Shown one piece after another: positions 25,544 through 37,430 of a stretch of 64,000 bases of DNA; position 1 is the stretch's first letter, and the number at the start of each line of letters is the position of its first letter. The notes under the pieces are model-generated. The model did not search any database. It was not told the origin of the DNA and was given only the letters and a program-made list of their open reading frames with translations. The stretch lies in the NCBI GenBank assembly GCA_010093705.1, contig MU006091.1:992001-1056000 (forward strand), written 5' to 3'. Both the position numbers and the translations under genes were made by a program. Source of the DNA: Patellaria atrata CBS 101060 (Eukaryota).

Positions 25544-27003
25544 ATCGGGATACCCGAAGCTGATATTTACTTTCAACATTCAACATCGTGGAATCTGTTC
25601 ACTGAGAGGATGAATTATACAATTAACGCCAACACACCGTGTACTTGTACAGAAGGTCTGGGATCTGCCACTTGGAACCGTGAGAATTGGATGATGACTT
25701 CGCCAGCGCCTGACCCTTTTCCGCTCAGCCTTATATAGGGCCAAGCTACAAGTAATGTACAAATGTGTTTATACATAACTTGCAGAATATAGTGCCCTAT
25801 TGTGCTATAAGCAATGGCTTTTCAAGGCCAGATTACGTGCTTATATCTTTTGATCTCATACTAGCCTTCGATTTTCAATCTGCGTTCGAGGTTAATGTAT
25901 TTCGCTCTTTCTTACAATAAAATCCCCCTAGGATCGAATTATTAAAAGTTATGGTTCTTCTTATAAACATCTCTATACTATTAGTTTCATGATAAGTAGA
26001 GAATATTCGTTCTTTTCCCACAGTTCCCTATGATATCGATTGTTTGTTCAATCAACAATACGTAAAGAGTTCACAAAGCTGTAATAAGAGACATATCCCC
26101 CAAGCATGTTTCTCTTCGTGCATTTGTTAACCCGACGTCCTTAACGAGCTAAAAGCATGGATTTCGCGACTGTTGCCTGAAGAGGCTCATATTATATCCG
26201 TAAGGTACACGCCGCTGAAGGAACGTTGAATAACAAGCCAGTGAGCGCCTGACTTGGCAACGTTGTCTCGTCAGATGGTCGACGAAGGAATCGTTCTAAT
26301 CCTGGAAATCCCTTCATGAGCTCCTAATTCTGTAGTTAAAGTCGAAGTACGTCCCGTGGGGGCCTTAATTTCGCTGGTCATAGAGGACGTCAAATATGGA
26401 TCCCAAGCAGCATGACCTACTGTACATGTCGTAACATGTTAAGGCTGTGCACTTTAACAGAGGAAAGATAAACAAATAAAACGCTCAACTTAATCTCAGA
26501 GTATTTGAACAAAGAAAGACTGATGTTCGGCTGATGAACTCATTCTTTACTCTTTCTGGTCTTCTCACGACGCCGATTATAGCATTAACCACAAGTGGAA
26601 TCCGCTCAACGTTCACTTGACACATAACAGTATCAGCTGCGAACTATATAAATACCAAGTTAACAATCGCAATCCTCACCTAGAGCGTGTCCGCATATCG
26701 AAACAAAATCGACTTCTGACCAACGACTGGTCGCCGTTAACGCGACACTGGTTGCGAACAATTGTCAAAGGTACGACTAGAAACACGAATAGCTTGAAGT
26801 TATGGTATTTCTTATTCTGTTGCTGCCTCCTCTACTGTATTCCATTTTTGAAGTTCCCTAGTACCCTACTGTACGTGAAAGACACAAACGGCATATAACC
26901 TGTGCTTGTACAATTTAATCGAAATTGTCTTAAGGCTATTGAGATCTCGAGCAAATGTGGGCTCAACAGTCACAAATAGAGTAGATGTTGGACAAGCGCA
27001 TAG

Positions 27004-27522
27004 ATGTCGAGAAATAGCAATCGTGACGGGAAACTGAGCTATAAAGATAACAAGAACAAGACTGACTCTTCATTCAAGTTCAATTCTGAGGCTGAGCAAA
27101 AGGAAATGGGTCATCTAGGAGAACGATTACTCTCCCTTCCCCTCTCACACTCGGCTTTCCGAACGGATTTGGAAGTTCTACGCTCACAGGCAAACTTGAG
27201 AACAGAGGATAACGAGCCCATGGATCGAACAATTAGGGTTCTTGTGTTATCCAACTTCATCCTCGCTATAGTCGTCTTAACTCTAATATGTCTCTCCGGC
27301 CACATCATTCCCACCCACGATTCCCTCCATCCTATTCTCCAGCGCTTCCTCGACAATCTGCCACTCTCCTTCCTGACCGTCGGATGGCCTGCTGGTTTCT
27401 GGTTGATAGGTAGTGCTTTACTATTCAGGAGGGAGAAGAAGACGGCTATAGTGTTGACTGGAACATGTTACTTATGGGGTGGGATATTCGCAGCAATCCA
27501 TCTCACAATGGTGGAAACGTAG
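27004..27522 (+). CDS. Hypothetical membrane protein (172 aa, about 3 TM helices)
   Basis: Open 172-aa ORF with hydrophilic N-half and three hydrophobic segments. TATATAAA at about 26645. No recognisable family. Confidence 0.55.
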   Translation: MSRNSNRDGKLSYKDNKNKTDSSFKFNSEAEQKEMGHLGERLLSLPLSHSAFRTDLEVLRSQANLRTEDNEPMDRTIRVLVLSNFILAIVVLTLICLSGHIIPTHDSLHPILQRFLDNLPLSFLTVGWPAGFWLIGSALLFRREKKTAIVLTGTCYLWGGIFAAIHLTMVET

Positions 27523-27848
27523 ATGGAGATTTACAGTGGAGACGGGAATGAGATAAAGGAAGGGCATCGCCAAGCCGCCTTTGCTGGACCTTCCTTTCCG
27601 TTGCGGAATGCGGAGCGGAAGTGCGGCGGGGAACCCGATAAACGGAGAAAAGAAAGAAGGACGCACCGCAACTGCACAACGGACAAGCTGTAGGATTTAC
27701 CACACCTGGATCTTTTGTACTACCATACCAACAGTATATGAATCACGCCCGTTGAAAATAAAATAAACTTCCCTAAATACCTTAACACCCCCAATTGCCC
27801 TCCTCACCCCCTTGCCCTTACCTCTTTCAAAGAGCTCCGCTGGATATA

Positions 27849-29320
27849 ATGGCTCTTAGAGCTCCTTCCGCCCTCCCTCATGCTCTGCGATCGCTAAAGC
27901 TCTCCCATCAAATGCGCAGATACTCCGCTCCTAGTGATAATACCGTTCCGCCCGCGAAACTGAAATATGTCCCCACGAGCGGGACGTATCCCAAGGGCTT
28001 CCTGGCGTCGAGTGCACATGTCGGCGTGAAGGCCTCGAATACGAAGTACGATGACCTCGCCCTCGTCGTGTCCACGACGCCTAATTGTTCCGGTGCTGCG
28101 GTGTTCACGAAGAATAAGTTCCAGGCGGCGCCGGTGACGGTGTCCAGGGAAATGATCAGGAGGAGGCAGGGGAAAGGTGTAAGAGCTGTGGTGGTCAATT
28201 CGGGGTGTGCGAATTCCGTGACGGGCAAGGGAGGACTAGAGGATGCGGCGAGGATGGGTAGGGCTGCTGATGCGCTGTTAGATGAGGGGAGACAGTCGGA
28301 AGAAGGAGGATCAGGTAGTACAATCGTGATGAGTACAGGTGTTATTGGCCAACGGTGAGTATACATATGAAGGAACAAACTCTGGATATTTTCCAGGTCC
28401 AACGCTGATATCTTCCAAGCCTCCCCATCAACAAAATCACCCACAAAATCCCCACCGCCCATGACACCCTCGGAAACACACACTCGCACTGGCTCCGCGC
28501 CGCCCGCGCAATCTGCACCACCGACACGTTCCCCAAGCTACTTTCGCGGACCTTCACGCTCCCATCATCACCCTCGACGACCTACTCCCTCGTCGGTATG
28601 ACCAAAGGCGCCGGCATGATCCACCCGAACATGGCGACACTCCTCGGCATCCTCTGCACCGACGCCCCCATCGAGCCCGAGCCCCTGCAATCCCTCCTCA
28701 GCGCCGCGATCGACAAGTCCTTCAACAGCATCAGCATCGACGGCGACACCAGCACCAACGACACCGTCGCCATCCTCGCCAACGGCGCTGCGGGCGGGAC
28801 TGCCATCGCCAGCACGTCCGGCCAGGACTACGACGCCATGAAGACCATCCTCACCGACTTCGCGGCCGATCTTGCTAAGTTGGTTGTCAGAGACGGAGAG
28901 GGCGCGACCAAATTCGTCACCATCCGCGTGACCAATTCACCCTCCTACGAAGACGCAAAACGCATTGCGTCCACCATCGCCCGCTCGCCACTCGTGAAAA
29001 CTGCGCTCTACGGTAAAGACGCCAACTGGGGCCGCATCCTCTGCGCCACCGGGTACGCTGAGAACGTCGCATCCGTCATCCCCGAGGAGACGAGTGTGAG
29101 CTTCATCCCCACGGACGGGAGTGCGGAACTAAAGCTGCTCGTCAAGGGTGAGCCGGAGAAGGTGGATGAGGTACGCGCGGCGCAAATTCTGGAAGCCGAG
29201 GATCTGGAGATTCTGGTTAGGTTGAGGAACGATGCGAAGGATGGGGGTGAGGAGGCGGTTTATTGGACTTGTGATTTTAGTCATGAGTATGTTACTATCA
29301 ATGGAGATTACAGGACATAG
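27849..29320 (+). CDS. ARG7: Mitochondrial ornithine acetyltransferase ArgJ (2 exons)
   Basis: Presequence-like N-terminus, [43 protein letters not shown] autocleavage site, [15 protein letters not shown] and [10 protein letters not shown]. Confidence 0.97.
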
Positions 29321-29596
29321 ACCCGAGGACTTCTGGGAAGGGGGAAATGGAGGGAGAGGGTTGGAATTTAGCAAGGAGTATGTCTGGAGTATCTGAGGAG
29401 TTTCTTGTCAGATTTCGAAGTACATGCCGATGAATCACCTTGTCTATACCCTAGACCCGCAGGGGAACAAAAAAAGCCAATTGCTTGATGTTGAATCAAA
29501 AAGGTGTTATATAGGGAAATTCTGGGTATCTTCCGGGGCATCACGTAAATAGAAGTACAAAGCCCACCGTCTATAGTATAAAGAATGTAAAGAAGA

Positions 29597-29633
29597 CTCG
29601 TTTCTCTCGTCTCTCTCGTTGCTCTCGTTGCTT
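29597..29633. repeat. Short imperfect tandem repeat (CTCTCGTT-like, about 4 copies)
   Basis: ctcgtttctctcgtctctctcgttgctctcgttgctt between the converging ARG7 and ATG101 3' ends. Confidence 0.5.
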
Positions 29634-29807
29634 CGTGAAGCTGAGCCCTCCTTACGCCAAGGAAATGCGAGTGTATGCCGTCATACGTTCAACTCCGTCC
29701 GAACTCCGCGCAAATGCAATAACTCTGATGTGAGTTATTTTGTGCTCACCGCTGCTCCTTAAGTCCGCGGTTTATGTTGATAAGAATAGTGATGAGCTTA
29801 TATGGGC

Positions 29808-30673
29808 TCAATTGGAGAATATGCCCATTCTCTGGCCCCAACCTTCCGTTTTTGGATTCACAACGATCTGGTAAGGAAACGGATTGCTGTCCGTGGTGGT
29901 AATAGGAGGAATATGCTCCTTCTCTTTGTTTACTATGTTGACAATCTTGAGAGCTGTCTTGTGGAGTGACTTCTCCATGGCACGGCGTACTTTGACGCGG
30001 TCTGAAAAAAATTTAACAGTTAGCTAACCTGGTCTTAACTCTTATCTGCACACTGGGGTCGTCGACTACTTTCTTCCATTCATTTTGAATACCTCATACA
30101 ATGAACTGGGTAAGATTCAGAAGGGGAAAAGGGGTAACCCATACCCATCTCGGTCCGAGGTCTGGCAACGGTGACATCTAAAACCCACATCTCCCAACAG
30201 ACCTCTTCCTCGCCTTTCCCAAAGCTAAAGTACCCGCCACGCTTCCTTCTCTTCTCGAAAAACTGCACTACAAGCTGAGCTCGCCCGCTCTGCCGGCCAA
30301 ATTCGGAAGCAGAGTCTAGTGCGCGGACGAGTACAGTAGCACGTTGGTCGATGAGGGTTTCGAGGTCGACATCGTCAATCAAGGGGAGGGTGAGGTCGAG
30401 AAGATCCCGAGTCAGAGGCGCGATGGGAGTAAAGTATCGGTGGAAGAATAGGGTATGGAGTATAGCTGATAGTGGGTTAGCATCGGAATGTACGGAGAAG
30501 AGAGCTTCAGGAATATATGAAGATTTCCAGCGTCAGAGAAGAAGCGGCGCAAGTGTCGTTTTTTTGATCTCGCGTAACTCGTATGGAACTGTCGTACCTT
30601 TCACGATATCTTTGACAAAGGTTGGGTCCGCAAAGACGTCGAGGACATATTCTGCCCTCTTTGGTGGCTCCAT
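29808..30673 (-). CDS. ATG101: Autophagy-related protein 101 (HORMA domain, 3 exons)
   Basis: VKDIVK-AILHTIFFHRYF, VQFFEKRRK, EEVCWEMW and KEHIPPITT..NPFPYQI. Confidence 0.93.
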
Positions 30674-30985
30674 TTTGGCATTGGTGGGGAATCAGAACCT
30701 GCCGAAGAAATAAATGATATTAGGCGACAAGATATAGTGATCACAACGGCACAGTTTTCTTTTTCACCTATACGTGGGAGGTAAAAAAGTTTTCCGGCGT
30801 CATTGTGTTGTTGGAGGTAAGATGTTGGGTGGGATGTGTTTGATAAGGAGCAAGGAGAAGGAGGGGTTACATTCGGGCTTTGATGGAATTTGCGGCTGTC
30901 GCTGGGTACCGACGGCCAGGGTGTAGGTGCCTTCAGGGGGGGTTGCTGCCCTCATGAATCATCCTCTGCGCTACCTTCGTCTGTC

Positions 30986-30991
30986 CCTCGG
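30986..30991 (+). promoter_or_regulatory. Possible FarA/Ctf1-type fatty-acid/peroxisome response element (CCTCGG) upstream of PEX3
   Basis: CCTCGG about 213 bp upstream of the PEX3 ATG. A single hexamer, so weak on its own. Confidence 0.3.
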
Positions 30992-31203
30992 TCTGTCGGT
31001 CAAGGATCCTGTATAGTACCGTACTATACAGTAGACAACCGTTCACGCGACAGAGCTCACCCTTCAAATAATAATAAGACGACAAGATTCATCGCCCCGT
31101 TGCCCTAAACGCATTGCTGGAGCCTGAGACAGCTGACGACAACCCGAAGTTCCTCATGACTGTTCTATATACTGACCGATAGCCGCGTAGCCATCACGCA
31201 GCC

Positions 31204-32912
31204 ATGATAAAAGCAACCCGTAACTGGATTCGCCGGAATCGCACAAACTTTGCCGTTGGTGCTGGTGTGTTAGGCGTAGGATATATAGCTGGACAATATG
31301 TCTTAGGAAAGATTACCGAAACAAGGCAGCGCATGAGCGATGACAGAATCGCAAAGGAGAAGTATGTCATCGAGTCCTTCCTTGGGAGCTGTCTAGGCAC
31401 ATACTAATGGAATGCGACTCCTGATAGCTTGCGACGAAGATTTCAAAACAACCAAGAGGACTGTACACATACCGTGTTAGCGATCGTAGGAAGGGCTGCG
31501 GAAGAAATCGTCACGGCGCTGCCTGTTGAACAGACAGTTGCTGAGCTCCAGAAACAGAAAGCAGAACGTCTAGCTAAAAGCGCCAGACAATTAGACCAGG
31601 GAGCTTCAGACACACCGTCCGGATCAGTAAGCGCGGCAGAAGATGATGGGAGGAGTCTTGCTAGCTTTCAAACGGAAAGCTACGTCCACGCAAGTCAGGT
31701 TGGAGATGCTACATCGACCCCGGGAGGAGAGGAGGGACCGCGACTCAGAAAGAGCAAGGCGCAACTATGGAGTGAGATGAAAATCAGCTGTAGGTGCAAT
31801 TTCAACACTTCAACAGCCTGAATTAACCAGAGTTGGTAGCTATCACAAGAACTTTCACCTTAATATATACGCTATGCCTACTCACCCTTTTTACTCGGAT
31901 CCAACTAAACCTCCTTGGCCGGCGAAACTATCTTGCAAGTGTTGTATTGCTGGCAACACCACAACCGCAGGGAACAATCAACTTAGAGAATAACGACGAC
32001 GATAACTTCGAGCATGCTTACGGCAATGACTACCAAACGAATCGAGAGTACTTGTCTTATTGTTGGTGGCTATTACACCGAGGATGTAAAGACATCATGG
32101 AGAAGGTGAAAAAAGCTGTAAAGGAGGTGTTCGGACCACTAGATCCGAGAGAGGATATCACATTGGAAAGACTGTCAGAATTAACATTAGAGGCCAGGAA
32201 GAAAATAGAGGGTGTCACAGAAGAGGAACGAAAGTAAGCTAAGAACGCTGAAATAAGTGCAACAGTGTCTAACGTCGACAGATCTCAGAGATGGCTCCAT
32301 TATCTTCTTCCACCTCAAGATCGCGAAGAGTATGTTCTACGCGAAGCCGGAATGCTAAGCCCTTCCGCTCCATCAACCGTGACATCACCCTCTCTCCGTC
32401 GGCTTCTTGACGAAACCTCGGACTTGATCGATTCTCCATCATTCTCTTATGTTCAGACCCTCCTCCTGGATGCTGCATTCTCTCTTCTGATCGATACTAA
32501 GATGGCGAGCTTAGCGTTCAAGATTCCACCTATTTCTGCCTCAACAGCGCGCGTTCAAGAGATCGTTGGCTCTGATACAAAGACTAAGGTAGCTAATACC
32601 TTAGCCATTTTTACTAGACAAGCCCACAGTATCGGTAGCTCTGGCCCGAACGAGTATCTTACCGCCATTGAAGGAGTAAGAGATCTAGAAGCCTTTTCTG
32701 CCGTAATTTTCAGCAGCAACTTCGATTACGAGTCTCCTGAAGCAGGAGCAGGAGTCGAAGGGCTCGAAGCAAGCCGTCCCGGCACAGCAGGTACAGAAAA
32801 ACCCGAAGAACCACGCTCAACATCTGGAGGTGATGCGAGCTTAGTTGGAGCAGAAAGCCAATTCGAGTCGGCCTGGGGTAAGGCATTGGCTAAGGAAGAT
32901 GGAATGTCATGA
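31204..32912 (+). CDS. PEX3: Peroxin-3 (4 exons)
   Basis: WIRRNRTNFAVGAGVLGVGY, LRRRFQNNQEDC, KAQLWSEMKI, TRIQLNLLGRRNYL, WWLLHRG, LLDETSDLIDSP and DLEAFSAVIFSSNF. Confidence 0.96.
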
Positions 32913-33010
32913 AAGAGTCTTAGACCACTGGACGCGGATTTATTGTACGATATGTACGCGATATGAACACCAGATACCCACTTCTACCATCGACATATTC
33001 ACTTGCATAC

Positions 33011-33640
33011 TCATTTTCCGGTTTTCTCCTCACTTACTAGCTTCCCCCATTTGTATATTGAAACACTCTGAATTGCTCCTACCAAAGCTGTCACCATCGC
33101 ATCGAGATTATTGACGAGCTTACCATGACCCCTCTCCGCCATCATCTCTACATTTCCTCTTTTCCAGAACTTGTCGGCACAGCATACCACCAATCTCTGC
33201 TTTCCACCACCCAACACAAGGCTCATCTCCATCATCGATATAGGTGCTTGGGACGTCGCGGGTAGATGTACAGCTACTATGTCCGCCTCTGCTAACTTGT
33301 CCAATTCCCAAGTTACCTGCTCATGCCAAGGTTGGAATTCGGGAGACTCGATCCATGTACTATCCCAGTCGGAACGTGACGGGTTGAATAACACAACCGG
33401 ACGGGAGAGAAAGGATTGCTGTAGGCACGGATGGGATCGAAGGCGTTGGTACACGTCGTCCTGCCAAGGGATTGCAGATCCTTTGTCGATCGCCCCCGAG
33501 AGGAAGATGGTGATTGCTTCCTGCTTGAGATCACGCTCGCACTGCTCAGGGGCAGGAAGAACGGTGATATTTGTGTTTGAGACGGCGGAGGGAGATGATC
33601 TATCGGTAGGAGTTAAAGACGACTCAGTCTGGGACGCCAT
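33011..33640 (-). CDS. Nucleoside 2-deoxyribosyltransferase-like protein (Nuc_deoxyri_tr2-type), intronless
   Basis: IFLSGAI, WQ, VLFNPSRSDWD, EQVTWELDKLAEADIV, SQAPISMMEM and VVCCADKFWKRGNV. Confidence 0.8.
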   Translation of the reverse strand: MASQTESSLTPTDRSSPSAVSNTNITVLPAPEQCERDLKQEAITIFLSGAIDKGSAIPWQDDVYQRLRSHPCLQQSFLSRPVVLFNPSRSDWDSTWIESPEFQPWHEQVTWELDKLAEADIVAVHLPATSQAPISMMEMSLVLGGGKQRLVVCCADKFWKRGNVEMMAERGHGKLVNNLDAMVTALVGAIQSVSIYKWGKLVSEEKTGK

Positions 33641-33954
33641 TGGGGAGCCTGAATGCAGATAGTGTAGAAGATATAGAGTTTAAAGCCTAAGGGTGTTTGA
33701 AGGTTTGATTGAGTTCTGAGTGCAGTATCAGGGGATCAATGATGATGGCTTTAAGTTCAGGTGGTCTTCTAGAACATCGGACCGTATACGGAGTGAAATG
33801 ATAAAGTCGGAATTTCACATTTTCTAGGCTTCCACCTCGACCTTCATATGAGTTAGTGACTGATAAATTCACAACCTTGTGCTCTCGAATGGTTGCCAAG
33901 TGATAATCTGCAGTACGAAACAGTGAAGTTGCGGAGAGCATCGTCACCTCCGAG

Positions 33955-34000
33955 TCGCGATTGGCTCCGGCGCGTACAGTTACGGTACGAGCTCGCGTCT
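33955..34000. promoter_or_regulatory. Cluster of MCB/SCB-like CGCG elements in the ORC2 promoter
   Basis: TCGCGA 33955, CGCGT 33971 and TCGCGT 33993, all within 110 bp of the ORC2 ATG. Confidence 0.4.
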
Positions 34001-34064
34001 CCCTCAATTTTTCTCCTTCAGATTCCACACCCTAAATTTCAAACGGCGTCAAAGTGCATATATC

Positions 34065-35732
34065 ATGAAGCGCAAAAGGACAGAGAAGGAGCAAGAAGTC
34101 ACGCCGAAAAAGAAAACACGCGCCACATCACCAGATAAGCTACAAGAGGATATAGAAATAGTGACACCAGAAAAACGAATCCCTTCAGAACGACTAGCTA
34201 GCAGACAGAACCTCATCAAGGAAATTCACGGAGCTTCGATTAATGGGACGCCGAAGAAACTCGCGAATGGAACAGCGACCCCGAAATCAGAGCGTCGAGT
34301 TCTGTTCTCGACGCCGCAACAACCCTATGAGGATGATACGCCTAATAGCACCCCGACTATCGTACGAAACGCAGATAGGTCTGCTCGGCGCAAGAGTGCG
34401 AGGCAAATAATTGCGCGTACAATTGAAGGAGATCGGAGTGATGAGGAAGGTCTAGATGAAGAGGATACACTCGCACGACAAATATGGGATGAGGATGGAG
34501 AAGAGGCATCAGACGGAGAGGTGGAGGAGAATGAAGCAGGCTTGCCTATCGTTGATGATCAGATATACCAATTGGTACCAGATACACCATCTAAACGCGG
34601 CCGAGGGAGGCCAAGGAAACAGAAACAGAAGAAGAGGTCCCCTACACCACCAAGTAACCTCCCTCCACACGAACAATACTTCTATCAAAACAGACCAGGA
34701 GGCGCAAAGACATCCAACAATACTCTCTCATCGCACACGCTTCTCAATCACGACGAGTACTTCGAGCAAACATCTACCTACACAGACCCTCATGAAGAGG
34801 ACAAGGAATTCCTCTTCTCGCTTCACACCCGTGCCTTCTCCCAATGGGCCTTTGAGCTCCAAGAAGGCTTCAACATCTGCCTCCATGGCTACGGCTCCAA
34901 ACGCCGCCTCGTCTCTTCTTTCGCCGCACACCTCCACCACTCCACCCCCTCCCCGCCTAAAATCCTCATAATAAACGGCTACGAGCCCACCCTTACAATC
35001 CGGGACGTCCTCATCTCCCTTGTAAACCTCATCCCCTCCCTCAAAGCCGCCAAACTCCCCTCCCAAACCACCGTCCTAATCCCCCACATTCTGACCACGC
35101 TCTCCGCCTCCTTATCGTCCCAAACACCCATCTACCTCATTATCAACTCTCTCGACGCGTCCCCCCTCCGCAAACCAACCGCACAATCTCACCTCGCGCT
35201 CCTCGCCTCCTCCCCTCACATCCATCTCCTCGCCACGGCCGACACCCCAAACTTCCCCCTCCTCTGGGACCTCGCGCTGAAGACCCAGTTCCGCTTCCTC
35301 CACCACGACGCAACGACCTTCGCCTCCTTCGACGGCGACGAGCTCGACGTCGTCGAGACCGTCAACGAAGCTCTGGGCCGCAGTGGACGGCGGCTGCACG
35401 GGCGCGACGGGGTTGCATTCGTGTTAAGGTCGTTGCCTGAGAATGCGCGGAGTCTGTTTCGCATATTGGTTGCAGAGCAGGTTGCTGCAGGCATTGAGGA
35501 GGAGGATGCGGCGGGCGGGAGGGAAGGAGAAGAGGGAGTCGAGTATAGGACTCTGTATCATAAGGTGGTGGAGGAGTTTGTGTGTTCGAGCGAGATGAGC
35601 TTCAGGACGCTACTGAAGGAGTTTCATGATCATCGGATGGTGGAGAGTAGGAAGGATGCCGGGGGTGTGGAGAGGCTGGTTGTGCCGTTTAGGAGGGAGG
35701 AGTTGGTGGGGTTGTTGGAGGAGACGGTGTAG
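34065..35732 (+). CDS. ORC2: Origin recognition complex subunit 2, intronless
   Basis: YFYQNR, FSQWAFELQEGFNICLHGYGSKRRL, IINSLD, LLWD, HDATTF, VLRSLPENARSLF and FRTLLKEFHDH. Confidence 0.96.
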   Translation: MKRKRTEKEQEVTPKKKTRATSPDKLQEDIEIVTPEKRIPSERLASRQNLIKEIHGASINGTPKKLANGTATPKSERRVLFSTPQQPYEDDTPNSTPTIVRNADRSARRKSARQIIARTIEGDRSDEEGLDEEDTLARQIWDEDGEEASDGEVEENEAGLPIVDDQIYQLVPDTPSKRGRGRPRKQKQKKRSPTPPSNLPPHEQYFYQNRPGGAKTSNNTLSSHTLLNHDEYFEQTSTYTDPHEEDKEFLFSLHTRAFSQWAFELQEGFNICLHGYGSKRRLVSSFAAHLHHSTPSPPKILIINGYEPTLTIRDVLISLVNLIPSLKAAKLPSQTTVLIPHILTTLSASLSSQTPIYLIINSLDASPLRKPTAQSHLALLASSPHIHLLATADTPNFPLLWDLALKTQFRFLHHDATTFASFDGDELDVVETVNEALGRSGRRLHGRDGVAFVLRSLPENARSLFRILVAEQVAAGIEEEDAAGGREGEEGVEYRTLYHKVVEEFVCSSEMSFRTLLKEFHDHRMVESRKDAGGVERLVVPFRREELVGLLEETV

Positions 35733-35989
35733 ATATTGTGTATGTGTGTTGGATAGAGACACTGTGGGTTAGGGAAATGGGGTTGTGGGGAGATGTTGTG
35801 GTATATCGTATGTTGAATATGCTTCTATCCTTCGTATGATATTGAGCAGATACCTCCCTAGATCCGAATCAGATGCCAAATACAAAGAAACACAACCCCA
35901 AAAACGCCATATATGCCCTGCAAATCCCACGTTCCACTAACCTGGGTCCTTGTACTCCCGTCGATCCTTTTCCCTGAAGATACCTTAAC

Positions 35990-36969
35990 TTACCATCCCC
36001 GCCCCGCCATCTTCTCTCCCTCATCCATCTTCCCACAGTTGATTCCCACCATCGCCTCTCCCAGATCCTTACTCACCTCCGCAAGCACCTTAGGATCCTT
36101 ATAGTGCGTAACTGCCTGCACAATCGCCTTCGCCCTCTTCGCCGCATTCCCGCTCTTGAAGATCCCACTACCCACGAACACTCCATCGCAGCCCAACTGC
36201 ATCATGAGCGCCGCATCTGCCGGCGTCGCCACACCACCCGCCGCGAAGTTGACGACCGGCAACCGCTTCAACTGTGCTGTCTCCTGCAGCAGCTCGAAGG
36301 GCACCTCGAGCTCACGGGCATAAGCTCTCAACTCCTCCGTGGACATATTCGCCGCACGTGCGATCTGTGTGTTCACCGTTCGCATATGCTTGACCGCCTC
36401 GACGACATCACCGGTACCGGCCTCGCCCTTCGTTCTGATCATCGCCGCACCCTCCGAGATGCGTCTTAGCGCCTCACCCAAGTTGCGGCAGCCGCAGACA
36501 AAGGGCACCTTGAACCCGCTCTTCTCGACGTGATATGTGTTGTCCGCAGGGGTAAGGACTTCGGACTCGTCTATGTAGTCGACACCTAACGCCTCGAGGA
36601 TCTGGCACTCGACGAAGTGACCGATGCGCGCTTTGGCCATGACGGGGATCGTGACTGTGGCCATGATCGAGCTGATGAGAGCTGGGTCCGACATCCGGGC
36701 TACGCCGCCTTGGGAGCGGATGTCCGCGGGGACGCGTTCGAGGGCCATGACGGCGACGGCGCCAGCTTCTTCGGCGATGCGGGCCTAGTTAGCGAGGAGT
36801 TAGTATGGGATGGAGGGAGAGAATGGAGGGGTGAGGTTACCTGTTCGGCGTTCACGACGTCCATGATGACGCCGCCTTTCAGCATACGTGCGAGACCGGC
36901 TTTGACTTGGAAGTTGCTAGTCTCACCATTGGCGGTGTGGCCATTAGTCGTAGGGAGTTCGGTTGCCAT
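35990..36969 (-). CDS. PDX1: Pyridoxal 5'-phosphate synthase subunit Pdx1 (2 exons)
   Basis: [61 protein letters not shown] and [11 protein letters not shown]. Confidence 0.98.
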
Positions 36970-37126
36970 TATTGAGATATCTCTTTGTAAAGATCCTGAG
37001 AACTGGTGGAAGGAGGGGAAAAAGACCGGATGGTATAGATATCTGTGAATCGGTATGAATGATAGAAGGGATGGAATGAATGTGCAGATGGTCCGGGAGA
37101 ATAGAGTACTTATGTTACTATTTCAA

Positions 37127-37134
37127 ATGACTCA
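37127..37134. promoter_or_regulatory. Gcn4/CpcA binding site upstream of PDX1
   Basis: ATGACTCA, a perfect TGACTCA core about 160 bp upstream of the PDX1 ATG. Confidence 0.55.
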
Positions 37135-37430
37135 ATTGACACAAAGGGCGCAGAATCGGATGTCGAGAGAAATATGAGCGTTCACCGTCTGGTACGCAAA
37201 AAAAAATCCCACTAGCCCAGACGGACAATGGTGGGGCTAGACCGAGGAAGCGGAGACGCCAATTGCGCGGTAATCGCGGGGCATCCCCGGAATGCGTGCC
37301 ATCATAGTTTCCAGCTCTCCCGGCCCGGTTCTAACCGCCTCCGACGTAGGTAGCAACCTCCCACAGCTCTCATAAACAACACCTACTACTCCTGAGCTGA
37401 GCTTCTGTATAAGGATACCTTACCGGTACA

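Noticed and set aside
25740..26100. AT-rich patch as a RIP-degraded transposon
   Set aside because: No terminal repeats, target-site duplication or transposase/RT remnants.
27739..27745. TGAATCA as a Gcn4/CpcA site for ARG7
   Set aside because: Single imperfect heptamer; plausible but not distinguishable from chance.
36970..37430. TPP riboswitch near the vitamin B6 gene
   Set aside because: No TPP aptamer consensus (UGAGA..CUGAU..AAU..GCG) in an intron or leader context.
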